Shown: piece after piece, positions 36,851 through 52,489 of the stretch | Numbering within the stretch: position 1 is the first letter of the stretch | How the letters are laid out: each line of letters starts with the position of its first letter | From: Octopus sinensis | Lineage: Eukaryota | DNA length: 64,000 nt | Reading direction: 5' to 3' | Assembly (NCBI RefSeq): GCF_006345805.1 | Contig: NC_043004.1 | Span: 99,262,001-99,326,000, forward strand | Translations under genes and position numbers: made by a program | Notes under the pieces: model-generated | Told to the model about the DNA's origin: nothing | The model's input: only the letters and a program-made list of their open reading frames with translations | Database searches by the model: none

Positions 36851-39364
36851 GGTAAGGGTAGCTATTTTGTTGTGCTGTCTTTTGGAGGAGTTAAAGCATT
36901 GCATGTTCGGAAGAGATTTTTGAGTGAATGATTAAAGAGTTTGATGCAATGATATTAATAAGAAAGAAAAAAAAAAGAAAGAAAAAAAGAAACAATGACG
37001 ACTGGAGAAAGCCATCGAAATTTGGTGGCATGCTGAGAATAGTTCTTTATTCAGATCTATGCTTTTCTCCAAGAATTCAATTTAAAAGGAATTCGATGAA
37101 GGCACGACGATATTACATTTTCCTGTTGGTTAAATAAAGTGAGTAGCAACTATAATGGAAGTATGGAATGTCATCAAGACTTAAATGTGTTTGCTTCAAA
37201 CTTTAGTCGAAAAGTAATTGTGAGTGTATTTCACAACAAAGACACGTCTTTATGCGAGCAAGTTATCAGGCGTAGAGGTGTGTGTGTGTGTGTGCTTCAC
37301 CCTGTAGGTATACATATAATGTAATATATATGCGGTGTGTGTGTGTGTGTGTGTGTGCGCGTGTGAGTGAGTATTTGCATATGTAAATAAGTATATATAT
37401 GTGTACGTGCATATAATTATATTTATATATATGTGTGTATGCACGTATGTATGTATGTATATATGTATGTATGTATGTATGTATGAATGTATGAGCGATA
37501 CAGAATGAGTGATTCATATATACATATATATATATATATATATAAATGCTTATTTACGTGTGTGTGGATATGTGTGTATGTTGTGTGTGTACATGAGTGT
37601 ATGTACCTTCCCCTGTCTATGTTACGTGAAAGTCATCACTTGCACCTACCTATACGAATTAAACTCTCCTATTGCACGTTTTCTTTACCCGTTATATACA
37701 AACGTTATAGGCATGCAACCGACATCGGCTTCTAGGCAATCGGATCAATAAAGTGAATCCTTTAAAACTTCTTAAAGGGTTGACTATACAACCTAATCGC
37801 ATTGAATACAATCAAAACGGTTGAATCGCCACATATCTGATAAAAAATAGAAAGCAACAATACCGAATCCCTCAATAATCATGAATAATACCCAGTTAAA
37901 ATCATCACAAACTTTGCAAAGGTTTGCCATTACAATCACCAATAACCTTTTACAGTGACCACACATTTTTCACATCGACAAGATTGCGTTACAAAATCTG
38001 GGTTTACATTTCAAAAGCCATTTCCCACAATGAAATCTAAATGGTCACAGTTAGACTAAATGACGTTTTGATCAGATAACTTTGTGCCATAGATTTATTC
38101 AAGCAGAGCTGACTGGTGCTATTGAACAAAATGAACGAATGAAGGAACCAATAAATAAATAAAAGAATAAAGAAATGATAAAAAGCGAGTGAAATAGGTA
38201 GAAGAACCTAATTTAACAATGCAGTAGTAATGTAATAGTCATAAGATTTCAAATCAAATATGAAAAATGAAATACAATTTTTGTTTTTAAATCACATTAA
38301 TTTTTGAAACATCCTCATTCATTACAAAAAGATTCTGCCGTTACCATTATTGTTGTTGTTGTTGTCGTTCGGAATCGAGTGGCAAAATGCCTTACTCTTC
38401 TATGTTACTCTCTTTAATGTTTCGACTGCTTCTACTGTTTCACAAAGAACACTTCATACAGGTCCTCCTCAAAAATATAATACCATGAAACGTTTAGCCG
38501 TATAGATATATATACATGTCAGATAGGTTATGCATTTATAGGCGCCTTCTGTGCATTTATTGTAGAGTCCTAATTATGTCGGGATTGACATTATGATGAT
38601 CCTATCCTTTACAAAAAAAATTCAAACCAGGGATCTTTTCTATCGGGGTCTAACTAATCGACTAAATCCTTGAGGCAAGATTTATGGCCTTGTGCGATAC
38701 ATAAAATAAACGAAACAAAATACGTAACCATTAGCCTATTTTTATGACTTGGAAGTGGCACCGTAATAAAGCATTTTTTGTGGGATTTCAATCTCGGTAA
38801 TCTTGCAAAAACCTGGTGAATGAATATTGTGTTGAAACTTTATTGCTGTATCTTTTGCTTGTGAAGAGTTATTATCCGAGTGAAGTATTTTGCCCTTATA
38901 TTGCCCTCATTTATTGGACCCTCGTAGCTAATGGAAATGATGATAATAATAAGTAAATGAAAGCTGGTGGATAATAGGAGGAAGAGACACAGTTTGACTG
39001 ACTTACAATCAGATATCCTTAATCTATAAAGAAATTCAATAGATATCGACAGGGAACCAATAAGGGGTAGTTTGCACTCGTGTGGTTAACAAAGGTCAAA
39101 ATATGTTTATTACTACTTTGACTCGTGAAATTATTTGATATTATTCCTGGCTTGCCATTCCTGCAAGATGTGCAAAATATTGCTTTAACTAGTGCGTCAC
39201 ACGTATGGAGAAGAGCATTGCCACTCTGAGAACGGTTACCACCTATCTAAACCATTTTATTTTCTACATACCTTGGATTTTGTAAATGAACAGATTGGTG
39301 TGTTTGTTTTACTGCCTGTCATTGACTATAGTGAATTCTTTGCTCGAGGTGTCGCGAAGAAAAA

Positions 39365-39765
39365 ACAATTGAGCATGTCCTTTGGTGGCTGACGATATGT
39401 GGATCTCTGATCACAAGCAAAATTTGGAGGAGTATCGTAACCATGTGTTGAGAAAAAAATATTTTAGAGTTTGAATAATTTACCTCTGGCAACATGGATG
39501 TTTCGTTCAACATCCTTAAACAACCCTTATTCAGGTACCTCTTGAGTGGGATGGGTTACTCAACCTGAAGAAAATTCTTACTGGGGCCCACCTGTAAGGC
39601 AATGTGCTTCTTATCTTGATATCAGATAACCATGTCGCACACATATGGTTGTGATGCATGTGCCTCCTGTACCCTTATCAGACGGGTAGAGTTGATGAGT
39701 ATATTGTATTTCATGTATTTGTAACCTAGTATCATTCTGATGGTATGCATTGCTCTCTCACTCAA
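39365..39765 (+). mobile_element. 5'-truncated copy C of the (TAA)n-associated element
   Basis: GAGCATGTCC..GTGGCTGACGATATGTG...AACCTGAAGAAAATTCT...TGCTCTCTCACTC AATAATAAT. Confidence 0.85.
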
Positions 39766-39804
39766 TAATAATGATAATAATCAGTGTTATTAAAACTATT
39801 ATAT

Positions 39805-40148
39805 ATTTCTCTATTGCCCACAAGGGGCTAAACACAGAGGGGACAAACAAAGGGATTAAGTCGATTACATCGACCCCAGTGCGAAACTGGTACTTTATTT
39901 ATCGACCACGAAAGGATGAAAGGCAAAGTCAACCTCGGCGGAATTTGAACTCAGAACATTATAATTTACTAATAACATTATTGGGGGCGAGCTGGTAGTG
40001 GCGTAGGCGCGTTGATCAAAATGCTTAGTGGCATTTCATTCCTCTTTACATTCTAAGTTCAAATCTGCTGTAGTCGACTATTCCTTTCTATGTAATCGAC
40101 TTTCACGCTTGTCTGAAGCTGCTGACCTTCTGCCGGAATTTGAAACCA
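39805..40148. mobile_element. two head-to-head SINE fragments of the 4397 type
   Basis: 39805-39958 minus (GTCGATTACATCGACCCCAG..GAATTTGAACTCAGAAC) and 39984-40148 plus (GGCGAGCTGG..AAATGCTTAG..GTTCAAATC). Confidence 0.75.
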
Positions 40149-40780
40149 TAATTATTAATATCGTCATGATCTTCATGACTATAATATTGTCATGAACACC
40201 ACCACCACTATCATTATCATTCATTCTTTGTTTATTTACTACGAACTCATGTAATATTTTCTTTACAACGGCCTGTTGAAAAATAAGGCGTCTAATTGTC
40301 AAAATAGAGATTTTAAGAAAAAGAAAACCTCGCCTCCAAGATGGAAGCTGAAAATGCCCCAAATAACACATTTCATGTGCAGGGAACAAACAAAAAGCAG
40401 AAAATTCTTTGAGTTGCAACGTAAAATAGTAATACTAAACATGAACTAAAAGGAAACAGATATATTTTAGCTACGTCGAGTAGAAACCGAGTCGAAATCA
40501 ACAGGGCATACATTTGTTACACGAATCCACACGTAGGTGATAATTACTTAAACACATAATCATATGTTTGAACTGACACACTTGCATGCATAGAAACATG
40601 TGTATGTACGTAGGTATGCATTTATGTATACATATTTATGCAAATATATGTATGCATGTATACATATGTGTGTGTGTGTCTATATACATATATACATATA
40701 CATACATATATAACAAACATACACACATATATATATGTGTATATATATCTATGTATATATATATATACATATATATATAC

Positions 40781-40811
<31 letters not shown>

Positions 40812-41079
40812 TACATACATATATAACAAACATACACACATATATATATGTGTATATATGTGTATGTATATATATATATATATGTATGTATATATATATA
40901 CATATGTGAAACAGTTCTTTGAATTCAAAGAATAGAAGTGGGGAGTCTTTGATGTGGAAATGAGGTTTGTACAGCTATAAGATTGCAATTAAGTTTGTGC
41001 ACATACACAAACACACATACACACACGCAAACATACAGAGACATACATACGCGCGGGCGCTGATACACGCATACACGGA

Positions 41080-41117
<38 letters not shown>

Positions 41118-42229
41118 CTATTGTATACTTATCAAGCGTACATATTGATTTCGACGCATTGCCATATAAATCATTGTAAAATAGACAAAACCTTTTGACA
41201 TAGAATTTATTCAGAATGTATTCAAATGAAATTTCATGTAACCATACAGAAACAAACTGTATTGATAAAACCTTTCACCGGACTCACCTTGTGCCTTTCA
41301 CTAGAGTTTCAGAACAGGAATATTGTTAACTGGTTTATTAAGTATAGCACTGATTGGATTTAGCCATACAAAACTCCGTTTTCAATCGTAACTGTCGTGA
41401 AAACTAAATATAAAATGACATTATAATATATGAAATATAAAGAAAAAAACTTACGTACGGGTGTGCATATAAATATATGCATGTGCATATAAATATATAC
41501 ATGTGTGTGTACGCATGCGTGATGCATGTGTATCCATCTCTGTACGCATGTTGTTTTTTGTGATTTTTCCAACATTTATACAGGTGTACAGACATATATT
41601 CCCGAGGAGCATAGAAATACTGAAACCTATAATATTTTACTAGGTTTGTAACAAGTATACAAACGGTAACTGAAAAAGTCTCCTTTTTTAATATAAAATC
41701 CGAAATCTCTCGAATCCATTTCACACTCCGCTTTACGGATAGCAATTCAATCAAAAATATTTAAATTAAAGTAAAGCCCGATGTATTTGCAATGTGGAAA
41801 ATAAAATCCTGTCAATATTTCTTTCAGACGCTCCTTCCTCAGATACGCAGAAGAGAAATTAACAGAAAGAGAAAAGTAACTGCCCTATGCTGTTTCAACA
41901 AGTCAAAATACAAAGGGAAACTGACAGCGGCCATGAAATGTAGTTCAGCACTTTTAGAAGCGTTGTTCTGATTCCGTTAAGGTATTTATTCGTTACAATT
42001 CGTTCGCATGTACATACCGTATATGCACATAAATTTATATGCATGATTACGTACATACATTCTAGAAATTCACTTTTTTGTGTGAGCCTGAAGTAGATTA
42101 GGACTTACTTGTTTGTTTCCTAGAATGTGAGACCTTATCTTCCAATTCGAGAGACTTCAGAAAAGAAAATCCCAAAAGGAAAGACTTAGTGTCAGTATAA
42201 TGTAAATTTGATGCATTTAATTTCATATA

Positions 42230-44035
42230 TTAGGGGACAGAAGAAGTCCCTTAACAGTGGTGAAAGCGTCCCATCTAGGAAAGGGAAACTTTTATATAAA
42301 AGAAACTCTGATATAAGACCTGATCTTTGGTTGTTGACGGTCTCCTTAACAGTGCTGTACTATCAACAAACTCATACTGTAGACTAGACTCTCCTGCTTG
42401 TTTATAGTGGCGTGTCTGTGAGATGGAAACATCTGAAGAAAAGCCTGAGGTGTGTTGTTCTTGGTATTGTGGCACATATGTGCACCACATCTTGCTATCA
42501 TCACTTCCGAAAAGTGTGGCTGGTTCTACACAAGCCTTCAACACTCAAATCAAATCATATGAGTGGGTCTTCTGACACATTTATTCCTTCAATAGGACAC
42601 ACCTTCAACTTGCAAGAATCAAAGAGACCTCTGGGGAGAGAGTGAAAGCGGAAGGGATAAGTAAAAGATATTATTGGAAGTCTCTTGCTGGATGTCTACA
42701 TAGTCGGAGACCATGAGTGATGGCTGTTCCAGCACAGAACTTGTGAGTAACTGTGCTGTCTGTGTCCTCCAGTGGTGACAAAACAGGTCTATTTAGACAC
42801 AGCACTGTTTTTCTCAACAGGAGAAGGGGTGAGAAAAGAATCCTCAAACGTTACTTACTCACCTTAAACATGGCAGCCCGCTGCACCTCTCTGGTTATTC
42901 AGTAACGCAGTCGTATCATGATCAAATGTAAGAATATTAACATTGGTTCTTGTAATGTGTGCTCTTCCAAGACAGTCACTCATCACCAGTACGATAAGCA
43001 GCACTGGTTATCTTTGAACTAAAGAAATACAAAACTGACATAGCTGTACTCAATGAAACTCGTCTTGTAGGATCGTCATAATTAGAAGAAAGTAAAGGTG
43101 GTTTCATATTTTTTTTAGTATCGAAGCAATGTGGATGAGCCACGCCACTCTGGTGTTGGTTTTCCCATCAAAACAAAAATAGCTAGATTCCTTGTTTCTC
43201 TACCCAAGGGTATTTCTGACTGCACCATCACACTAACTTTGGAACTTGATCACAACACTTGTGCTACGCTTGTGAGTTGTTATGCCCCAAGCATGGTCAG
43301 CAAGGTGCAGGAAAAAATGATTTTAACAACCAACTTCGTGATGTCATTTCCAGTTATCACTTATGGGATAAGCTAATCCTTATGGGTGATTTTAATACTC
43401 ATATTGGTATTGACTATCAGGCAACCGAGGATGTACTTGATCGTCATGGTGTAGGTCGAATGAGCTCCAGCGGTCAGCGTGTACTCTCCATATGCAGCGT
43501 ATATTCAGTCTAAGCATCACAAATACCTTTTTACAACAGCGAAATTGTTGCAAGATGACCTGGATGTATCTGATAAACAATGTTATCACTAAGAAACGAG
43601 ATATTAGGTACTTTAGCATTACACGTTCCTTTCATAACACCTGCTATCTTTCTGACCTTTCTCTTCTCCGTAGTAAGGTTGCGTTCCATCTGAAACACAC
43701 AAGACTAAAAAAGTCATCAGTGCCCAAGTGCATAAATGTTCTGACTTTGAAAACTGTTGAAAAAGCAGGCTGAACTCTCCATCAAGTTGGACAGTACTCT
43801 CAGCACTGTTGATATCAATGATGACGTCGATGTTTGTAGACATCAAGATTGGTTCAGCGGTAACAACACTGATCTCGAATAGATGATAGATAAAATGCAC
43901 AGCCCTCACAAAACTTGGATAAATATTATGAGCTCATAGATGAAGGAGGCTTGGTGGTCTTTTAAGGCTACTGAACAGCAAGAAGATGTAGACAGAAGGG
44001 TTCTAAAACCTTTTATGATGGCCTCAAGAAAGTGC
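42230..44035 (+). mobile_element. decayed RTE (BovB-like) LINE 5' part with AP endonuclease
   Basis: IGSCNV, ELKKYKTDIAVLNETRL, SGVGFPIK, ATLVSCYAPS, LILMGDFN and ITNTFLQ, with many stops and frameshifts. The 5' boundary is approximate. Confidence 0.88.
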
Positions 44036-44460
44036 ATGGTGTGAGTCCGGATGGAGACTGTGCAAAGACAGTCCGAATACAGACAGATGCTTTGGTGAAT
44101 GACCGGCAGAGCGGAAGTGGTGTGAGACTGGGGTGTTATTGCCGAGTCTGATGTCTCAGCGTTGCTCCGCGAAACGATCAGCCAAGCGGTGCTCGCAATG
44201 TTCATGGCAGGGCAGAAAGAGCAGGAGATGCAGTAAATGACGTTGCTGGAAGTGCAAATAAAGGAGTCGGTGATATGATAGGTATGATGATGGGTGCCAG
44301 CGAGAATGATGGTGTTGGAGAGGTGGGGTCAAGTACAGCAGCGTGGGCGAGAGCAGAGGAAATAGCCAGGCTGGGAGGTGGGGTTAAGGGAGAAACTGTG
44401 GACTAGGAGGTGACGCAGGTTGTGGGCTCGCTTGAAGGAAGGAAGTGGTAGGTTGAGCAT
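44036..44460 (-). mobile_element. Neptune-type Penelope-like GIY-YIG fragment
   Basis: FKRAHNLRHLLVHS, C..PRCCT, FICTSSNVIYCISCSFC, HRLADRFAEQ, PVSHHF. Confidence 0.88.
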
Positions 44461-45849
44461 ACAAGTCGACGTAGTATATAATGTAAACATGTAAGGCAAG
44501 CATTTAAACATTATTGCTATCTTTCCAATCCTGCAATATTGTATATAGAATGCTTGGAAATCCAAATTCATTTTCGTGCATAAGTTAATCAGCCTTTATT
44601 GTCTTTGTATTTTAGCCTGTAAAGTTCAACTCGTATGCTGAAAATACGATATCATGATACACATATTTACAATATGAACAATACCTGGTAACATTTGGAT
44701 TTCATTATGCCAGGTAAGACCCTTCAGCAAAGAACCTAGATGTTTTTTTTTTCCAAATATTTCGAGTTATTCTGTAAAACTACAATTCCATCACCGTCAA
44801 TTTTCGATAAATCACGGTAGATATCTTGTAACCGATCGGTCGTTTCACTATAACTTAACAATCAAATACAAATGATAAAAGAAAACCATTGTATTTACAA
44901 AGCTTTGCTACTAATGAATGACGAAAATCAATATATAGCAATACTATCAACATCTTTGAAATATAACCAAATCTAAATATTAATATCAGTCATTTCAAAT
45001 ATTTCGGTTCAAATTTCAAAGTGAATACTGTAGGAAACAAACAGTTTGCTATTCACCTGTGGCAATATACACATGTATGAAATATACATCACAAGGGAAA
45101 TGCAAGGGAAGAGAGTCTGTGTCGTCTCATCCTCTGTGCATAATTTGTTTTGTATCTCCACGCCAGAGGATGTTGCACCCTGTGATTTCTAAATATAGAT
45201 AAGAGACTTTAGATTTAATCTTTATAATATGTTGACCTGTTTACTTACTCCATTATCAATTATTGAAAAAGGAGTTCAGAAACAACTGCAAAACTATAAA
45301 CTAAACAACAAGCTCGTCCTCTTGAATTCGTCTTAGCCAATGACAATACATCAGATATTCTGATTTACATCTTCTACAGATAGAAGAACAACCTTGGCCT
45401 AGGCCAGGAGATATTTAACATAGCATTGTATATCAACGTTTAACACAACAAATCAGCATATACAACACAAGTAAATATCTCAGGCAACGACTAGGCAATT
45501 TCAAAGCTATTTTAATGGGCAATATAGCAAGGTCGCCATTTTAGGTCAACACACTGCTTTCTTAATCTCACAAAATTTAATATTTGGGGCACTCCTGTTT
45601 GCAGTCTGTCTAGTTGAAGTGGTAAATAACTATGAATATGAACTGTAGCATGATGCTGACAACTGCAGTAATATGGTCAGCAGTACGAAAACAAAACGGA
45701 AGCAAATAGTTTAGAGATAAAATTTTCTGTGTGTGAATATGCATCACTGGTAATTGGAAAGTAGCACACAGGCCATGCAAATGCGAAACGTTACTTCTAT
45801 GAATAAGATTAACATTCTAGGCGAAGCTAAATAATGCAGACTGTGTGTG

Positions 45850-46765
45850 GACATGACGTATTTTCAGTAAATAGTGTTGCACAGTGACATGGGGTGCAAC
45901 GCTAAATTTCAATTAATCTAGAGAAAAATCGATGAGTTGAGTCTCTGTTCATAAAACCTAAATCCGAAACATTCTGGAGCAATTCAGTCTCTATTGAAGG
46001 AATTTCTCAATAAGGAAACTCAACTAAATCACTGCAGTCCAAAGAATGTTCTTTGGTGCATTATAGTTGATAGAATGGATGTTATGAAAACATTTTGCTA
46101 TGAAATTAATTCTATGAAAATCTGACGACACATGCCAGAGATGATTTCTGCAGCAATTCTTTACTACAAAATGAACACAACCCACAGTTCATTGAAACTC
46201 AGCACAGTACTTTCACCACAGTCTGAAGACATTGGTTTACAAGGACCAGTGCATTCTCAAGTATGCAGTCTTTCAACACTCGAAGCCAAAAGTCACACAA
46301 CTAACGGAAACTTACTGCACTTGTCTATCAAACTTCGGGAGATACTTTCAAAGTCGGAAGACGAATTTTTCATAACATAAATCAGATATTAAACAATGGA
46401 ATGCACAGGCACCCGATGCATACACCAGTCGCAAACGCAAAACCCACAATGAATAATTAAGTAAAACGCATAACATAAAAAGATGAACTTACAATTACAA
46501 CATTAAACAAACTTAACTGTAAATTTCAGATTGTTCCCAGCACAGACCAGGCTGCCGCAAACATTGATGAGAAAGGAGAGAACCCTAGAATCACCGAAGT
46601 CATATTAATACACCAACAGAAGCCGGCTATCAACATCAGAAGACAGCTATATGAAACTAGCTGGTTGGTATAACAACAATCCTCTCCACAAATTCATGGA
46701 CATGTACAGCTGCAACAATCGGTAATTCCTGAAGAAGAGGTCATAAACCTGAAATATTGAATGCT
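45850..46765 (+). mobile_element. decayed Penelope/Poseidon-type element ending in a hammerhead-like motif
   Basis: KLREILSKS and RITEVILIHQQKPAINIRR (GIY-YIG C-terminus), then ATTC-CTGAAGA-AG-AGGT CATAA ACCT-GAAA-TA-TT-GAAT at 46725-46762. Confidence 0.65.
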
Positions 46766-46898
46766 GGGAAAGTCATATGCCTGCTTTCTTGTGACTTGCC
46801 TTGGATTTATTTCGCATTGTTCCGGCCTTACGCATGAATTCTATGTAATATGTTCCACATAATGCTTCATACGAACTATTCCTTTATACATATATATA

Positions 46899-46951
<53 letters not shown>

Positions 46952-47158
46952 CTCACACATTTCAACTATATATATATAAATATACACAAATATAAGAGAG
47001 TATCCACTATGTGGTCGACTCTTGCGCTAAAAATAGATCCGCTATGGTCTCAACCACCAAAAGTTGTTTCCAAGGAGAATTAGCACAGCCATTAAGTAAA
47101 TATCCAATTTTTCACCCTTATTTTTTTATATATAATATATATATATACTCACACATTT

Positions 47159-47219
<61 letters not shown>

Positions 47220-48016
47220 ATGTATATATATATATATATATATATAATACGTGTGTATGTATGTATGTATATGTATGTATATATGTATGTATATAGGCTT
47301 GTATATATATATATATATATATACACACATCTTAGAAACCGACATGACTTCTAGGTTCCTGCTTTTTGGTGACATTTTGAATGAGATGTGTCAATGCATA
47401 TGCTCTTGATTTGAAAATCACGAGAAAATACAATTCAGTATTCTCATACGTGAATTCTTCTATTTTTACCTATTCTTCTCTCACCAGTAAATTGTTTCCT
47501 CTCGTATTTTGTATTGTAGTTATGCCTACATTTGTACAATTGTACAAGTTTGTGTTTATATACTTATACAGCACTTTGTATAATGCCTTACAATTTATTG
47601 CATTTTCTAGTATTTTCTAGCATGTTTATTTATTCCCATGTGTTATTACTTCAATTCAAAATTTTTCTGCTTTAGACGTTTATACATGCTACCTTATTGA
47701 TTCTGTCAGCAACAAGGTATGGAAAAGTAAGTTTTTACCTTAAATGTTGTGGTGGTGTGGAAAAGATATTTCGGTGTGTTTTTTATGCAACATCTACGAC
47801 AGCTGAAGTAATGTAAGTGCCTTATGCAATGTCATTTATTGCCTTTCCAGGGGTTTCTCTTGAGATGGCGAAACTTTGATTAAGATTTTATTACATTTTT
47901 TCTCCCATCTTTACCATTTTAGAAAATACCCCAGGAAGAAATTTTCTGTAACTGTGGTTCAATAATTTGAATTTATATCCTAATTATTGGTATTGACATA
48001 TATATGAATCCCGCTC

Positions 48017-48480
<464 letters not shown>

Positions 48481-48601
48481 TTCTATCTATCTTTGTATAT
48501 ATCTATTTTTACATACACCCCCCATATATATATACACACACCCACCCACATGCTTGTATGTGGTCAGATATATATTTTTGATATATTTGTATATATGTAT
48601 A

Positions 48602-48655
<54 letters not shown>

Positions 48656-49798
48656 GTATATTATATATTTACATGTATATATATTATATATACATATATA
48701 TTTACATATATATATATATATATATAAGTATATATGTATGTGTATATATACATGTGTGTGTATATATGTATGCATATATGTATATATGTATATATATGTG
48801 TGTGTGTGTGTGTGCATTTATATACAGAGAGGGAGAGCAAGATAGAGATAGAAATAGAGAGAAGGCTGATGAACGAAGAGATGTGGATCTAGCTCTGCAT
48901 ATATTTTGAGCTGTTTATTTATCGACATCCTACTTTACATATCTGTTATAGGTGTATTAAAACTTGATCAATGCTCTCTCACACTGAACAATTTTTGTAT
49001 ATTAGTGTGTATATAGGTACATGTGTATTTATATAGCTCTATGTGGGAGTGTGTAGTGTATAAAGATACACATAATAAATATGAAGGTGAGAAGCTCTCT
49101 GTATACCTGTGCATGTATCTATGTATATATATCTATATACTTTTACAGACCTATGTAGACAGGTTTTGACAGGAAGAAGAGAAAGATAGATACAAAATAT
49201 ATACATCTATATTCAGAGTGAAACAGATTTATGTTGGTATGTGCATGCTTGTAAGATCTGAAATGAAATAAAAGTAGACAAGAAATATATTCCAACGAAA
49301 AAATATAAATATATGAAAAGCCACATACTCACACATAACTCATATATTCGCACAATATCTCTAAAACAATATATAGTAGAAACGAAAAAAAAATATAGAT
49401 TACACCAATCGCAACAACAAAATCAAATGTTTCAAAGTTGTGGTATACAGCTGGAAGAGAAATTATGTTCCATTTGATTTGGTTACACATGGAGAACATA
49501 GAAACAAAGTCAATATGTGTACATTGTTTTCTGTTGATTGGACTAGTGTTTCTGAATCAGTTGGAATTTTATGGATCATTTATTTATAAAACGTGTATAA
49601 TTTTACCAACTCATCCACACACACACAGATATATATACACGCATATATATATATATGTATACATATATGCACATATATAGACTTGTATGTATACATATGC
49701 ATATATGCATATATATATATGTAATATAATATAAGTCTTTATAAGTTATGTATATATATATATGCATATATATATACATGTGTATATGTATATATATA

Positions 49799-49829
<31 letters not shown>

Positions 49830-49990
49830 CTATATATATATATATATTATATATATATATTATATTAAATTAGAGATAAAACCACTATTAGGCAAATTAT
49901 ACAATGAAAAACTTAAGCCAATACATAAGATTAATTAATTTATATTATTTCAAATATATATCAAAATTATTAAAAAAAGATAATTATATG

Positions 49991-50068
<78 letters not shown>

Positions 50069-50321
50069 AACATAAGAAAGTATAATAATTATCTGTTGAT
50101 CTAATAATGAATATGTAATAGGTTTAACGTACAACCAATGCACATATGCATACAATGGCATAACACAACATACACACACATACACACATGTGTGTGTGGA
50201 GGATGTTTGTGATAATCATCTTTCGACTGAGCTGTGTCTCACGCAAAGGCATACAATCTTAATTGGTGCGTGTGCAAGTGTATATATATATATATGTATA
50301 CAAACACATGCACATACACAA

Positions 50322-50379
<58 letters not shown>

Positions 50380-50380
<1 letters not shown>

Positions 50381-50590
50381 CATGTTGATTCGCTAGCCTC
50401 TGCACGCATTTTTTTTCTCTCCTTGTTTCTCTCCGTGTTTCTTTTCTGTGTATCTTTCTGTTGAAGAGCGTAGGCTCGAAACGTAAAAGACTTGTTTTTT
50501 TTATATTCCTGAGCGCCATACTAATACAATTGTTTGTTTGTATTCCACCTGCCTTCGTCTTTTGTTTATTTTCATAAAGCTTCCCGTTAT
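50380..50590 (+). mobile_element. (TA)n-embedded pseudo-LTR-like unit with a hammerhead-like motif
   Basis: TCTTT-CTGTTGA-AGAGCGTAGGCTC-GAAA-CG-TA-AAAGA at 50453-50490. Confidence 0.65.
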
Positions 50591-50694
50591 ATATATATAC
50601 ACTTACTTATCTATCAGTCTATCTATCTACCTATCTATCTATTTATGTGTGTGTGTATATATATATATATGTATGTATGTGTGCATATGCATAC

Positions 50695-50952
50695 TATTGT
50701 GTCTGGGGAGAGTCATTTTCTTTTTGTGCCTTATAATTTAACACCGGTAAAATTTCCACTTATTTCTTATTTTTATTTTCCTAAACTTTTTGCTGCGTCT
50801 TGCAAGCTTTTCAATAGTCTTGACTCTTGAAAAGGTTGCAAGACACAACGAAAATTTTAGGAAAATAAAAATAAGAAATAAGTGAAAATTTTACCGGCGC
50901 GTGTGTTAAATTATAAGGCACAAAAAGAAAATGACTCTCCCCGGATACAACA
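50695..50952. repeat. ~260 bp fold-back palindrome (MITE-like)
   Basis: GGGGAGAGTCATTTTCTTTTTGTGCCTTATAATTTAACAC...TTTTCAA / TTGAAAAG...GTGTTAAATTATAAGGCACAAAAAGAAAATGACTCTCCCC. Confidence 0.92.
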
Positions 50953-51035
50953 GAATATGCTTCAACACACGAACTCATATACAGAATCTTGCAAACCAAA
51001 TCCCAAAACGAATATATATATAATATATATATATA

Positions 51036-51240
51036 TAGTTACTCCAAACATGAGCAAAGCGAAAACACAACAACGCGTTGACGTGAAACAAATCTAGTGT
51101 TATTGGATGCTCAGGAAAGGAAAGAAGGATATAGGATTTAACGTTTCGAGCAGAACTCTTCGTCAGAACATAGAAAAAGGAAAGGTCCAAGGAAGGGAAG
51201 ACAGAGAAAGAAAATCGCCAACGATACACACGCGGTATAT
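51036..51240 (-). mobile_element. (TA)n-embedded pseudo-LTR-like unit, diverged relative of 50380
   Basis: Minus strand TT-CTGACGA-AGAGTTCTGCTC-GAAA-CG-TT-AA at 51137-51168, with a shared downstream TTCCTGAGC..AATA. Confidence 0.65.
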
Positions 51241-52369
51241 TATATATATACGTGTGTGGTATATATACATACTTTATATAGTTATATATCTGTGTGTTTG
51301 TGAGTATTGATACAGTCATTATCATATGTGCAGTAGGTGTATGGTGTGAATGAAGAAGTGCTTGATATTTACTTCGGCAAACACATGCATAGCTTGGTTG
51401 TTCGATGTACCAGGAGTTCAGACTCGTTGAAAATGAGTATTCTCTGAGAAAAATATATGGTGAGTAATGCTTGTGATACAAGAAGTTAGAGGTTGACAGA
51501 TTTGTGGGTATCTGTCTATTGGTACAAGAGACGATGGTTCATTGAGATATTGTGATGTGTGGTGTGTGCTAGTGTATGTGTGTGTGCACGCACGTACGTC
51601 TGTGTGTGCATGTGTGCGTGTTTATGCTGTGTGTGTTTGTGTGCTCACTTTAGTGAATGACTGCTAATGTCTCGTGGTGTTGGTGTGAGATTGTTGTGTG
51701 TATGAAGCTTGTTTTGCGTGGTGAGTGTGTATATTTAGGCAAACGATGTAGTGTATTTAAACATATAGATTAAAACCAGCTTGATGGACGGACCATAGAT
51801 AAAAGTTGGTGAGAGTGCAAAGTGGCCAGCTGTAATTGATTTAGTAAATAGGGTGAAAGATGGTTATGTATGTAAGTGGAAATTACTGAAAAAAAAATGA
51901 ATCGCCGTTTCTTGAATAATTTTGATCGGTTTTGTTCTCTGTTACGGCGTAACTGATATGGTGACGATAACAGTGAACTAACATGGGAATCCCTACGAGT
52001 TTACTAGGATAAGAAATAAACAACAGCGAAACCGCTCTGAGGTAATAATTTGTTCTTTTATATAATAAGGAAAGCATACGTTATATAATCTAGAAAAACC
52101 TAAATTAAAGAACGGAAAACTTTTGATCATAGATCAGCTCAATGTGGGAGCACTCGGAGCTGAACAATATCATCATCAATAACAACGAAGATGACAAAGA
52201 TGACGACAAGAATATAATTGATGACGATGGTGATTCTAAAAAAGACTGGTGATAACAAATATGACGACGAGTAGAACAATGACTGCAATGTCAAAAACGA
52301 ATATAATTAAAGTTAAGGGACATGGTAGTGGTTGATTGTGATGAAAAGGAGCGGGATGATTGTGTGTAG

Positions 52370-52452
52370 GAAACAGAAGGAACTGACGATGATGGTGAGG
52401 TTGAAGAGGATGATGATGTTGGTGATGTTGATGATGATGATGATGATGGTGG

Positions 52453-52489
<37 letters not shown>

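Noticed and set aside
47660-47880. Cluster of splice-like AG/GTAAGT motifs
   Set aside because: No consistent open frame or homology, and such motifs are expected by chance in AT-rich DNA.
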